IMG/VR virus record: IMGVR_UViG_3300030943_000008
Location: 5,875-69,874 of that record
Source: a virus
Direction: 5' to 3' (one strand)
Length of the DNA stretch: 64,000 bases
The notes beneath the pieces were generated by a model. It had not been told where the DNA came from and searched no databases. It worked only from the letters and a program-made list of their open reading frames with translations. Shown one piece after another: positions 27,253-35,783 of this stretch (position 1 is its first letter; every line of letters starts with the position of its first letter). Position numbers and translations under genes: made by a program.

Positions 27253-27936
27253 ATGCAGGCTTTCCACAACAATGTTGCCATCAAGACCGCGATCATGACC
27301 GGCCTCGCGGTGCATCGCGCCGCTGACGAGATCATTCAAGGAAAGTACTGGGAGAACGGCAAGGGCTGCGCCGTGGGCTGCACGCTCGAAACCATCCGAG
27401 TGATGAAGGGGCTGCGCGACATCGATCATTCGAGCCACGCGCTGGCGGAAACTGAAACCGGTATCCCGCGCATCCTATGGCGGCTGGAAGATCGGATTTT
27501 CGAGGGGCTGCCGAACGCCGTGGCGAAAGATTGGCCCGAGCGGTTCACGGACGCGATTCGCACCGGTGCAGACCTGACGATGATCTGGCCGCGCTTTGCG
27601 CTGTGGCTCCTGACCGAGGAACTGCCGCAGTTCACGAAGCATGCGGCCAGCACCGCTGCTCTGGCCGAGGTCGGCGCGCTCTATCGCGAATGGTGCGATA
27701 GCGGCAAGAACCCGGCTCGTGAGCGGTGGGTGGGCGCAAGGAAGAACGCCGCCGCCTACGCCTACGCCGCCGCCGCCGCCTACGCCGCCGCCTACGCCGC
27801 CGCCGCCTACGCCGCCGCCGCCGCCGCCTACGCCGCCGCCTACGCCGCCGCCTACGCCGCCGCCGATTATGACGCTCACTATGCGGCCTATGGCCGACAG
27901 GCTGCGAAGCTCGTGAAACTGCTCAAGGCTGCGTAA
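27253..27936 (+). CDS. Hypothetical protein with Ala/Tyr low-complexity tract
   Basis: RBS AGGGG; GKGCAVGC motif; 39-codon A/Y tract. Confidence 0.8.
   Translation: MQAFHNNVAIKTAIMTGLAVHRAADEIIQGKYWENGKGCAVGCTLETIRVMKGLRDIDHSSHALAETETGIPRILWRLEDRIFEGLPNAVAKDWPERFTDAIRTGADLTMIWPRFALWLLTEELPQFTKHAASTAALAEVGALYREWCDSGKNPARERWVGARKNAAAYAYAAAAAYAAAYAAAAYAAAAAAYAAAYAAAYAAADYDAHYAAYGRQAAKLVKLLKAA
27748..27864 (+). repeat. (GCC)n-TAC coding microsatellite
   Basis: 117 nt made only of GCC and TAC codons. Confidence 0.95.
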
Positions 27937-27939
27937 ACC

Positions 27940-27979
27940 GCACCGGGCGGCGCGGAGGTTCTTTCCCGCCGCCCGGTGC
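27940..27979 (+). terminator. 13-bp stem-loop (weak terminator or processing site)
   Basis: GCACCGGGCGGCG...CGCCGCCCGGTGC with a poor U tract. Confidence 0.55.
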
Positions 27980-27996
27980 AATTTCAGGAGTAACCA

Positions 27997-28179
27997 ATGG
28001 CCGACACCATCAACGTGACCATCAATTTCGATGCTGCCAAATTTGTAGAGAAGATGCGGCAGGCTTTTGGAGATCAGGGCATGACGACGGATGATGCGTC
28101 GTTCAATCTAGTTATCGCCCGGATGATCGCCAGCGCGCTGGACGAACCCGGGGTCCTCACGGTCGAGCCCGCCAAATGA
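27997..28179 (+). CDS. Hypothetical protein
   Basis: RBS AGGAG. Confidence 0.6.
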   Translation: MADTINVTINFDAAKFVEKMRQAFGDQGMTTDDASFNLVIARMIASALDEPGVLTVEPAK

Positions 28180-28204
28180 ACACCCCCTCCCCACCGCCGA
28201 CATT

Positions 28205-28684
28205 GTGGCCGTCGCGATCGTCGCGGCCAGCCGGGAACTCGGCGCGGACCCGATTCGGGTGGCATCCGGAGACCAGAACCTCTCCCGGCCAGGTGTGACC
28301 TTCGAGATATCCCGGGCGCGCGCCTATGCGGCGCTGACGCTGCGCCGGGCATTCCCGGACCTGAGAGGGCCGGCGATCGCCCGGATGGTCGGAGCGCACC
28401 ATCGCGACGTCTACATGCCAAATCTGGTCAAGGCGGTCGATACCGGAAAGCATCGGTGGTGGTCAGAAGCGGTTCTGGCGACCGTTCGCGCGGCGGTGGC
28501 CGAGCATATGGCACCGGAACCCGATAGGAGCCCCGCTGGCGCGCCCGCCCTATCACCGGCACCGAAGCCAGTGGCGCTGGCCCCGCGCCAGCCTCGCCCT
28601 GCGGCGACGCCGGGAAAGCGCGATCTAACTCAAATGCTGCGGGACGCCGTCGAGCGGACGCAGGCAATGACCCCGAAGGAGTAA
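28205..28684 (+). CDS. Hypothetical HTH-like protein (start possibly frameshifted from ATG 28176)
   Basis: RARAYA..L...P..IARMVG, DnaA C-terminal-like pattern. Confidence 0.55.
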   Translation: MAVAIVAASRELGADPIRVASGDQNLSRPGVTFEISRARAYAALTLRRAFPDLRGPAIARMVGAHHRDVYMPNLVKAVDTGKHRWWSEAVLATVRAAVAEHMAPEPDRSPAGAPALSPAPKPVALAPRQPRPAATPGKRDLTQMLRDAVERTQAMTPKE

Positions 28685-28686
28685 AA

Positions 28687-28953
28687 ATGTTGTTCAAACG
28701 CAAGACCGTCTCGGCTGACCCGGCTCCGTTCGCGCCGACGGCCGACCACACGTCCCACTGCCATCCCTTTTCGATCGAAAGGGCCTTCGGTCAGGCGCGT
28801 CCGCATACGCTCATCATGAGGATCAACCCGTTCACCGGCGATGAGGTCGACGACAACTGCATGCTGTGCGGGAACGGAACAGACATGGTCCGTCCGATGA
28901 TCGTGCCGCGGCCGCTCCCGCCACAAACCAGCGACGAAGCCAGTGGAGATTGA
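28687..28953 (+). CDS. Hypothetical protein
   Basis: RBS AAGGAG; CMLC. Confidence 0.55.
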   Translation: MLFKRKTVSADPAPFAPTADHTSHCHPFSIERAFGQARPHTLIMRINPFTGDEVDDNCMLCGNGTDMVRPMIVPRPLPPQTSDEASGD

Positions 28954-28954
28954 C

Positions 28955-29101
28955 ATGAAGCTCGACCGGACCATCGTTTTGAGCTTCGCCGCCATCATGA
29001 TCAGTTTGGCGTCGCTCGCGGTGACTTGCATCAATTACAGCGAATCCGCGCGCCTCGATGCGGTAGAGGAAGCGCGATATCAGAGGAAACACCGGCCATG
29101 A
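28955..29101 (+). CDS. Small membrane protein
   Basis: RBS GGAG; one TM segment; 48 aa. Confidence 0.45.
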   Translation: MKLDRTIVLSFAAIMISLASLAVTCINYSESARLDAVEEARYQRKHRP

Positions 29102-29460
29102 AACTTGACCGCAACATCAACGGCACCGGCCGCGGCAAGTACGGGCTGATCAAGAACCGACGCGTCGAAGAAATCCGAGACGCGGCGAAGGCCGGTGACA
29201 CATCCGCCGTCCAGGAGCACGGGAAAGTCGTGCTGGCCTTGGGTGTGCTGGCTGAGGCCGGTATCATCGAATGGGGCGAACCCGGCACCGAGTCCGAGTT
29301 CTTCGTGATCAAGCTGCGGGATAAGTACGCGAACCCCGCGCTGGTCGGATATGCAAACCGAGTGCTTGATGATGGCGATGACCCCGAATATGCCTTTGAG
29401 ATAGCGAAATTAGCCCACCGTTGCGGCACGCACAGCCCCTTCTGTAAAAAGCCGGATTGA
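29098..29460 (+). CDS. Hypothetical protein
   Basis: RBS GAGG; FFVIKLRDKYA..AL..YA motif. Confidence 0.65.
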   Translation: MKLDRNINGTGRGKYGLIKNRRVEEIRDAAKAGDTSAVQEHGKVVLALGVLAEAGIIEWGEPGTESEFFVIKLRDKYANPALVGYANRVLDDGDDPEYAFEIAKLAHRCGTHSPFCKKPD

Positions 29461-29464
29461 GACG

Positions 29465-29863
29465 ATGACCGCTGACACCCGCGCAGCCGGACTGCAGGAA
29501 GCCGCCGACATTATCGAAGGAATGCGAATGATCGGCGCTGGGAAGCTGGATCCTCGCCATAGCGGGCAGCGCGGCATCGACCGGGCTGATGCGCTCGGGG
29601 AGGCTTACCGCGCCATCCGCGCCCGCACGAGGCGGCCAGTCGGGGCTATTGACGCCAGCCGGTGGCCAAAAGTCGAGGGCGAGCGGGTCCTGATCTATGT
29701 CGTCCACCCGAACGCGAAGATGGAACCTGACGAAGCGATTCGCCGCGCGACCTGGGAAGGCTGGTTCTCCGGCCACTGGACGAACTTCAATCACGGCGGC
29801 TGGACGTGGCACGGGATGATTGGGGATGTTACCCACGTCGCGCCGATGCCGTCGGCGCCGTAG
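29465..29863 (+). CDS. DUF551-like protein
   Basis: Ends VTHVAPMPSAP. Confidence 0.55.
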   Translation: MTADTRAAGLQEAADIIEGMRMIGAGKLDPRHSGQRGIDRADALGEAYRAIRARTRRPVGAIDASRWPKVEGERVLIYVVHPNAKMEPDEAIRRATWEGWFSGHWTNFNHGGWTWHGMIGDVTHVAPMPSAP

Positions 29864-29874
29864 GGGAAAGCGTC

Positions 29875-30162
29875 ATGGGCGTCAACATTTACCTGCAAAG
29901 TCGCAATCTTGGCGATCACCCCGAATGGGACGCTTTTCGCTATGCTGGCGACAAAGAATTTTCTGGAGTGATCAGCAGGTGTCCGCACATTGAAGAAAAC
30001 TGGTCATCGGAGCCGGATTGCGAATCCTACATTCGCCCGACTGATTTTTCATCGTTGAGGAAAGCTATTGCAGAACGCGAATGGCCCAACCCTGGTCGCT
30101 TCGAAAAGCTCGCTGATCTTTTAGAGCGAGACTCGGAATACTGGGTCTATTTTTCGTATTGA
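29875..30162 (+). CDS. Hypothetical protein
   Basis: MGVNIY start; YIRPTDF; lower GC. Confidence 0.6.
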   Translation: MGVNIYLQSRNLGDHPEWDAFRYAGDKEFSGVISRCPHIEENWSSEPDCESYIRPTDFSSLRKAIAEREWPNPGRFEKLADLLERDSEYWVYFSY

Positions 30163-30187
30163 AAACCGCCCACCAAGGAGGGATCAA

Positions 30188-30511
30188 TTGTCACAGATCG
30201 CACCATCACCGCGCCACGGCGCTGCTTACGAGGTCGCCCTTGATGCGATCGGCGGGCCTCTTGAGGTCGGCAATTGCTTGAGCAACGGCGCATATCGGGA
30301 CTACCGCGCGAAATTGGATGCTCTCTTGGCATGGTCAGAGCAGCAGCCGGATACGGAGGTCGTCATGGTCTATCGCTGGGGCGTCGAGCGGGTTGATGCG
30401 GATCTGCGCGCCAGGCTGGCGCTCTACGAAAATGCCCGTGCCGTGGCCGAGGCGCGGGCCAGCCTGCCGATGCCGACCAAAGCCTTGACCGGGAACGATC
30501 CGTTCCGATAA
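30188..30511 (+). CDS. Hypothetical protein
   Basis: RBS AAGGAGG; TTG start. Confidence 0.55.
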   Translation: MSQIAPSPRHGAAYEVALDAIGGPLEVGNCLSNGAYRDYRAKLDALLAWSEQQPDTEVVMVYRWGVERVDADLRARLALYENARAVAEARASLPMPTKALTGNDPFR

Positions 30512-30540
30512 GGATTGCCTTGCCGACGAGGGAATGCGCT

Positions 30541-30573
30541 GGCGCCCCGGCTCGGATGTACAGCCGGGGCGCC
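30541..30573. repeat. 12-bp inverted repeat
   Basis: GGCGCCCCGGCT-N9-AGCCGGGGCGCC, intergenic. Confidence 0.65.
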
Positions 30574-30659
30574 GATCCACTCTCAGACGGAACCCAGCCA
30601 TGGTCCTCGAAATCCACATCCGCCATTTCTACCCGTTCAACCTCATCAAGGAGATCAAG

Positions 30660-30926
30660 ATGATTAGCGCAGAAGTTCAGGCACTGCTCGACCAGGCCAA
30701 GAAGAACACCAGCCTTGTGGCGTCCGTCGACCTTGGGCTCAAAGCCGAAGCGCAGCAGATCGCCGATCTGCAGGCGCAGGTTGCCGCGCTGCCGACCGGA
30801 ACCGCCCTCAGCGACGAGGACAAGGCCGCCATCGTGGAAGCGACCGCCGACCTCGCCGCGTCGAATGCGACCCTGCAGGCCGATATCCCGGCGAATACGG
30901 AATCGCCGGAAGCACCCGCCACCTGA
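30660..30926 (+). CDS. Small coiled-coil protein
   Basis: RBS AAGGAG; strongly biased codons; followed by a terminator. Confidence 0.7.
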   Translation: MISAEVQALLDQAKKNTSLVASVDLGLKAEAQQIADLQAQVAALPTGTALSDEDKAAIVEATADLAASNATLQADIPANTESPEAPAT

Positions 30927-30961
30927 TCTGCCGTACATCGGACCATGTCCGAATGTGCTCG

Positions 30962-30988
30962 AAAGCCGCCCCTCACCGGGCGGCTTTT
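30962..30988 (+). terminator. Rho-independent terminator
   Basis: AAAGCCGCCC-ctcacc-GGGCGGCTTTT. Confidence 0.8.
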
Positions 30989-31049
30989 GCGTTCCGGCTT
31001 GATTTGTGCTCTTGATAAATTCAAGAGGAATCAAGATTGGAGTTTCCTG

Positions 31050-31343
31050 ATGTCGATTGTTCTTCAAAAAATGCCGGTCGGTTATCCTTACGGGGTTAGT
31101 CAACATGATCCTGATGGGGCGTATGTCTGGGGTGGCGGAGAAAGCACCAACGGGAAATACCAAATTGTTGTGGCTGGACCGCTTCACGGGACGCTAGATC
31201 AATATCGGGATGCGCTGACCGAATGGCTGGAGACGCCAGTTTCCATCGTTCTGAGTGCGCCGCTCGCTCGTCCTGAACCTGATGAAAATCCGCAACGCGA
31301 ATTTTTGAGCATCATTCTCCAACCGGCGGCGAGGACGAACTGA
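31050..31343 (+). CDS. Hypothetical protein
   Basis: RBS GGAG; coupled to the portal gene. Confidence 0.55.
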   Translation: MSIVLQKMPVGYPYGVSQHDPDGAYVWGGGESTNGKYQIVVAGPLHGTLDQYRDALTEWLETPVSIVLSAPLARPEPDENPQREFLSIILQPAARTN

Positions 31344-33814
31344 TGGCATGGGGCGGAAAGCGCGAAGGCGCAGGACGGAAGCCGGCCAGCACCACCGGCA
31401 AGAAGCCAAACCCGCGCAAGGAGCGCGCACCGGCCGTGCCGAAGCTCAATAGCCGCGCCACCGCCGCGCCACCCGAGACTATCCCGGCTGAACCCGCCCG
31501 TCCGTTTGACGCCCGCGCGCTGGCGATGATGCTCCCCGAGATTCAGGCGATCAGCGAGAAATACGCGCGGAACAAGAAAGCGCGGAACCCGGACCAGAAC
31601 CCGTTCCGGCTGCCTAAGTTTCCGAAGTCGGCGATTCCGCCCGGCGGCGGTATGGCGATGGATAACGCGCTGGTGAGCAATACCAACTTCGCCGGCGATC
31701 AATGGCTGAATGGCGGGGACGGATTCGCAGAGGAAGGGCTGGTATTCCTCGGATACCCGTACCTGTCGCAACTCGCGGAGCGCACCGAATACCGCAACGC
31801 ATCGGAGACGATCGCGGACGACGCGACCCGCAAGTGGATCGACTTCGACGTCACAGGCGACGAAACCGAACAGCAGCGCCAGCGCGCCAAGGATCCGACC
31901 GGCTTCGACGAGCGCATGGCCGACCCGGACCAGCGCAAGAAGCGCATCACCGACGCTGGCAAACTCGACAAGATCAAGGCGCTCAAGGACGATCAGGAAC
32001 GTCTCGAGGTTCAGGCCAGGTTTTACGACATGAGCCGCGGCGACGGGTTTTTCGGCCGCATGCACCTTTACTGCGGCATCGGCGAGGGCGTGTGGGACAA
32101 TCCGGCTGAACTGGCGTCGTCGCTTGGCAATAGCCGTGACGCCATGAGCAAAGGAAAGGTCGCGATCGGCTCGTTCAAGGAGCTCAAGGCTATCGAACCG
32201 GTCTGGACCTACCCGCAGATGTACAATTCGAACAATCCGCTGGCGCCGGATTTCTACAACCCGCAGCGGTGGTATGTGCTCGGCCGCGAGATCGATGCAT
32301 CTCGGATGATGACGTTCATCGGACATCCGGTGCCCGACCTCCTGAAACCCGCCTATGCGTTCGGCGGCCTGTCGCTGTCGCAGATGTTGAAACCATACGT
32401 CGACATCTGGCTGACCACCCGGCAATCCGTCGCGGACCTGATTCACAGCTTTTCCGTCATGGTGCTGATGACGGACCTTTCGACAATCCTGCAGCCCGGC
32501 AACGCCGGCGCGCTGATGGCTCGCATCGCGCTGTTCAATATGCTGAGGGACAACCAAGGCGCATTCGTCATCAACAAGGCGACAGAGGATTTCAAGAACG
32601 TGTCGGCGTCGCTGGGTGGTCTGCACGAGCTGCAAGCGCAGGCGCAGGAGCATTTGTGCTCGGCAACCCGCATCCCTTTGGTCAAATACACCGGGATTTC
32701 GCCGTCAGGCTTGAATGCCTCGTCGGAAGGCGAGATCGCCGTCTACGATGACACGATCAGCGCATACCAGAACCGCTTCATGCGGCCGAACTTGGTCAAG
32801 GTGGTCAATTTCCAGCAATTGTCGCTTTGGGGCGAGATCGACCCGGAAATCACCATCACGTTCAACCCTCTCCGCGCCCTGACGCTGGCCGAAAAAGGCC
32901 AAAAACAGAAGGACGACGCCGACCGGGATATCAAATACATCGACGCTGGCGTTCTGGCCCCCGAGGAAGTACGGCGGATCATCATCGACGACCCAGATCT
33001 GCCGTATGCGGGGCTGGATCCGGACGACGTTCCGGAGCCGCCTGCCGAGGAAGGTCTGCTAGGCGCCGGCGCGGGTGGTGCCGCGACTGAGTTCGAAAAG
33101 AACGCAGATGGCGATTCCGATCAGGGGGGCGGGGCTACCGATGCCGGCCTCCCTTTCGGCTCTGATGCGGCTTTCAACGAATCGGATCATCCGCGGGCAG
33201 CGAACGGCGAGTTCGGTTCCGGTGGCAGTGCCGCACAATCCAGCGAATTGCATGAGGCCTCGCCGACTGAGAAGAAAGCCGCACGCGCGTCGCGACTGCT
33301 GGAACGTCTCGGCGTCGGTGCGGAAACCGATGGCGCGGCGACTGCGCTGACCAGCTCGGTTGACGATCTGGAAAGTCACGCAGAAATCCTGTCATCCGAT
33401 GACGATGACGAGGACTTGTCTGCGGAGCGCCGCGACGCTGCTGCAGCCATCGGTAAAGCGGAAGCCGATTTGGTCAGCTATACGCGCCGCCTGGCTGCTG
33501 GCATTGCGCAGATTGCCGGCCTCGGCAAGGTTCGGTTGCCGGACGTGCCCCTCGGTTCCGTGCCTGACGATCTCAATGGCGCCGATCTGGCGGCGCTTCA
33601 CAAGGCGGCCAGCGGGATCGATGCGGCCGCGATTGACGATGATATCCGGGATGCTCGGACATCGCTGCAGGATGCCGTCGAAACCGGCGATGAGGACGAG
33701 GTTTCCGAGGCGCTGGACGGTCTCGCCAGCGTGCTTCAAACGGGAATGCTGAAAAGCTTTGGCGCGCTCAAGGCGATGGCGGAAATAATGGAAAAGGCGC
33801 GCCAGAGGCAATAG
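31343..33814 (+). CDS. Portal protein (DUF1073 type) with C-terminal cargo extension
   Basis: FLGYPYLSQL, YNSNNPL.PDFY.P, KPAYAFGGLS, RIPLVK..GISPSGLNASSEGE; about 210 extra aa after FNESDHPR. Confidence 0.9.
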   Translation: MAWGGKREGAGRKPASTTGKKPNPRKERAPAVPKLNSRATAAPPETIPAEPARPFDARALAMMLPEIQAISEKYARNKKARNPDQNPFRLPKFPKSAIPPGGGMAMDNALVSNTNFAGDQWLNGGDGFAEEGLVFLGYPYLSQLAERTEYRNASETIADDATRKWIDFDVTGDETEQQRQRAKDPTGFDERMADPDQRKKRITDAGKLDKIKALKDDQERLEVQARFYDMSRGDGFFGRMHLYCGIGEGVWDNPAELASSLGNSRDAMSKGKVAIGSFKELKAIEPVWTYPQMYNSNNPLAPDFYNPQRWYVLGREIDASRMMTFIGHPVPDLLKPAYAFGGLSLSQMLKPYVDIWLTTRQSVADLIHSFSVMVLMTDLSTILQPGNAGALMARIALFNMLRDNQGAFVINKATEDFKNVSASLGGLHELQAQAQEHLCSATRIPLVKYTGISPSGLNASSEGEIAVYDDTISAYQNRFMRPNLVKVVNFQQLSLWGEIDPEITITFNPLRALTLAEKGQKQKDDADRDIKYIDAGVLAPEEVRRIIIDDPDLPYAGLDPDDVPEPPAEEGLLGAGAGGAATEFEKNADGDSDQGGGATDAGLPFGSDAAFNESDHPRAANGEFGSGGSAAQSSELHEASPTEKKAARASRLLERLGVGAETDGAATALTSSVDDLESHAEILSSDDDDEDLSAERRDAAAAIGKAEADLVSYTRRLAAGIAQIAGLGKVRLPDVPLGSVPDDLNGADLAALHKAASGIDAAAIDDDIRDARTSLQDAVETGDEDEVSEALDGLASVLQTGMLKSFGALKAMAEIMEKARQRQ

Positions 33815-33830
33815 ACATCCCGGATGATTA

Positions 33831-33844
33831 GGGATAATTTGCCC
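33831..33844. promoter_or_regulatory. Operator-like site after the portal gene
   Basis: GGGATAATTTGCCC downstream of TAGACA (33812-33817). Confidence 0.55.
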
Positions 33845-33880
33845 CGGCGTCGATCCGGCGCGGATTGATCAGGGGAAGTC

Positions 33881-34192
33881 ATGAGCACCGAAGCAACGGA
33901 CATTTTCATTTCAGCACCCGACGAGAAAACCCGAGAGATTGTTCGCGAACAGATTGCCCGGTTTATGGACGAGCGTTTTCCACTGCTGCCGATCAAGATC
34001 GTCGCCGCCCTCCGCGCGCCAGTAGCCGGGGCCGATGCCGGGACCGTTGCGCGTTGCGAACCCTGCGACGGCACAGGAGATTTCCAGGGCGGCAGACGAA
34101 CGATGCAGAAGCCGAAATGTAAGCGGTGTAAGGGCACTGGTGTTGCCGTGCCATCGACGGAGCGAGACACTGTTACGGGTGGCGGGTCATGA
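33881..34192 (+). CDS. Protein with DnaJ-type CxxCxGxG zinc finger
   Basis: CEPCDGTG...CKRCKGTG. Confidence 0.65.
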   Translation: MSTEATDIFISAPDEKTREIVREQIARFMDERFPLLPIKIVAALRAPVAGADAGTVARCEPCDGTGDFQGGRRTMQKPKCKRCKGTGVAVPSTERDTVTGGGS

Positions 34193-34425
34193 CCATCGTC
34201 CGACCGAAAACCACAACGCTGCAGGCATGGCAATTCGGATCTTCGACCCCGCCGGTGTGGGTGATGGATGCTTTGAAAGGGATCGGCGACGATATATTCG
34301 TCGTCCGGCGCAGCGGGAAACAGCTTTTGGTACTGGGAGAATGGCTCCTGAAGCACCCAGACGAGCGCGACCTGATCTGGTGCACAGACGCAGAGTTCAA
34401 GCGGGATTACGAGGTGACGACATGA
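34189..34425 (+). CDS. Small conserved phage protein (RKKPVVIEA/GDW/F..TYE-like family)
   Basis: RPK...QAWQF...GEWLLK...C...F...YE. Confidence 0.6.
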   Translation: MTIVRPKTTTLQAWQFGSSTPPVWVMDALKGIGDDIFVVRRSGKQLLVLGEWLLKHPDERDLIWCTDAEFKRDYEVTT

Positions 34426-34658
34426 TTACCGATCAGATGGTGGAGAGGGCTGCCGAGGCCCTTTGGGCAGCCAACAGCAAGGACCGCTTTGGGAAATGGA
34501 ATGGCTTGGGCGGCGAGTGGAAAGACAAGTGGCGCGATGATGCCCGCGCCGCGCTCACCGGCGCCCTTGGTGACGCTGTCGTGGTGCCGCCGCGGCACGA
34601 AAGCTTGGGCGACCCGGTCTGGGGCACCGACCCGTCGCTTGCTGATCCGGATGCTTGA
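34422..34658 (+). CDS. Hypothetical protein
   Basis: MITDQMVERAAEAL...ARAAL. Confidence 0.6.
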   Translation: MITDQMVERAAEALWAANSKDRFGKWNGLGGEWKDKWRDDARAALTGALGDAVVVPPRHESLGDPVWGTDPSLADPDA

Positions 34659-34927
34659 TCATGGCGGAGAACATCACGCGGCAGATGAAGGCGTTCCTCG
34701 AAGCGCGCCGGGACTTCCTGATGAACAACCGGCCGGCCTGCGTGGGATCGAATCAAAATCCGTGGCAGCCTGGCATTCAAATGATACCGGGTCGATTCGT
34801 TGGACTGACGTGTGAAAGCGCGCCGCCGGTGCGCCTCATCTGCCAGGGGACACCAGCCCAATGGATGTGCTCTAAATGCAAGCGATCGTGGACGCAGGAA
34901 CCGGAGCCGAAAGATGATGCAACGTAG
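34655..34927 (+). CDS. Zn-ribbon hypothetical protein
   Basis: WMCSKC. Confidence 0.45.
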   Translation: MIMAENITRQMKAFLEARRDFLMNNRPACVGSNQNPWQPGIQMIPGRFVGLTCESAPPVRLICQGTPAQWMCSKCKRSWTQEPEPKDDAT

Positions 34928-35783
34928 TCCGTACCTGATTGATGGACCGGCTGTGATCTCGTTCAGCGGCGGCAGGACGTCGGGCTACATGCTGTTCAAG
35001 ATCGTCGAGGCTTACGGCGGCGAACTGCCCAGCGACATCGTGGTTGCATTTGCCAACACCGGGAAAGAGCGCGAGGAAACGTTGCGGTTCGTGCACGAAT
35101 GCGGCGTGCGGTTCGGCGTCCGCATCCGTTGGCTGGAATGGCGCGACATCAGCGTTGGCTACGAGGAAGTCGGTTACAACAGCGCCAGCCGCATGGGCGA
35201 GCCGTTCGACGCGCTGATCCGGAAGAAGAAGCGCCTGCCGAACTGGCAAGAGCGGTGGTGCACGTCGTTCCTGAAACTAAAACCGTTGTTCGGCCTGGCC
35301 GCGACATTTGGGTGGGCTGCGGGGCAATACGCCGAGGTGGTTGGGCTGCGCAACGACGAAGGCCTGCGGATATTCAAGGGCATGGCGAACGCGGAAAAGA
35401 ACGGGCACCGGATGCTCTATCCGCTGGCGCGCGCCAAAGTCGACAAGGCGACTGTCATGGAGTTCTGGTCCCGGATGGACTTCGACCTCGGGCTCGAACC
35501 GCATGAAGGCAATTGCGACCTGTGCTTCATGAAAGGGCGCGGGATCAAGAAGCGGATCATTCGCGCGCGCCCCGATCTCGCCGGCTGGTGGTCCGACAAG
35601 GAAAGCCAGCAGAAGGGAAAGCAGGAACGCGGCTGGTTCGACCGGCGCGACAGCATTGCTGGTTTGGCGGAGGAAGTCCGCCGCGCGCCCGATTTCTTCG
35701 ACGAATCTGATGGCTACGAGCATGATGTAGAATGCGGGCTGCATTGCGAACCGCAACAGGGCGAATCTCATGAGAAAGCGTAA
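34914..35783 (+). CDS. PAPS-reductase/DndC-like PP-loop protein
   Basis: ISFSGGRTS PP-loop, FANTGKE, RWCT..LK, GLRNDE, GNCDLCF.K. Confidence 0.85.
   Translation: MMQRSPYLIDGPAVISFSGGRTSGYMLFKIVEAYGGELPSDIVVAFANTGKEREETLRFVHECGVRFGVRIRWLEWRDISVGYEEVGYNSASRMGEPFDALIRKKKRLPNWQERWCTSFLKLKPLFGLAATFGWAAGQYAEVVGLRNDEGLRIFKGMANAEKNGHRMLYPLARAKVDKATVMEFWSRMDFDLGLEPHEGNCDLCFMKGRGIKKRIIRARPDLAGWWSDKESQQKGKQERGWFDRRDSIAGLAEEVRRAPDFFDESDGYEHDVECGLHCEPQQGESHEKA

Noticed and set aside
27748-27864. CRISPR array or DGR variable repeat
   Set aside because: It is a triplet microsatellite in a CDS with no unique spacers; no reverse transcriptase or template repeat was seen
27641-27916. Pro/Thr-rich and Gly/Val-rich alternative-frame ORFs
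   Set aside because: Artefacts of the GCC/TAC tract read in other frames
28955-29115. Two consecutive ORFs both starting MKLDR
   Set aside because: Only five residues match and the codons differ; probably chance
31343-33814. Anti-CBASS Acb1 label sometimes attached to DUF1073 proteins
   Set aside because: No pair of HxT/S phosphodiesterase motifs was seen; motifs and synteny indicate a portal
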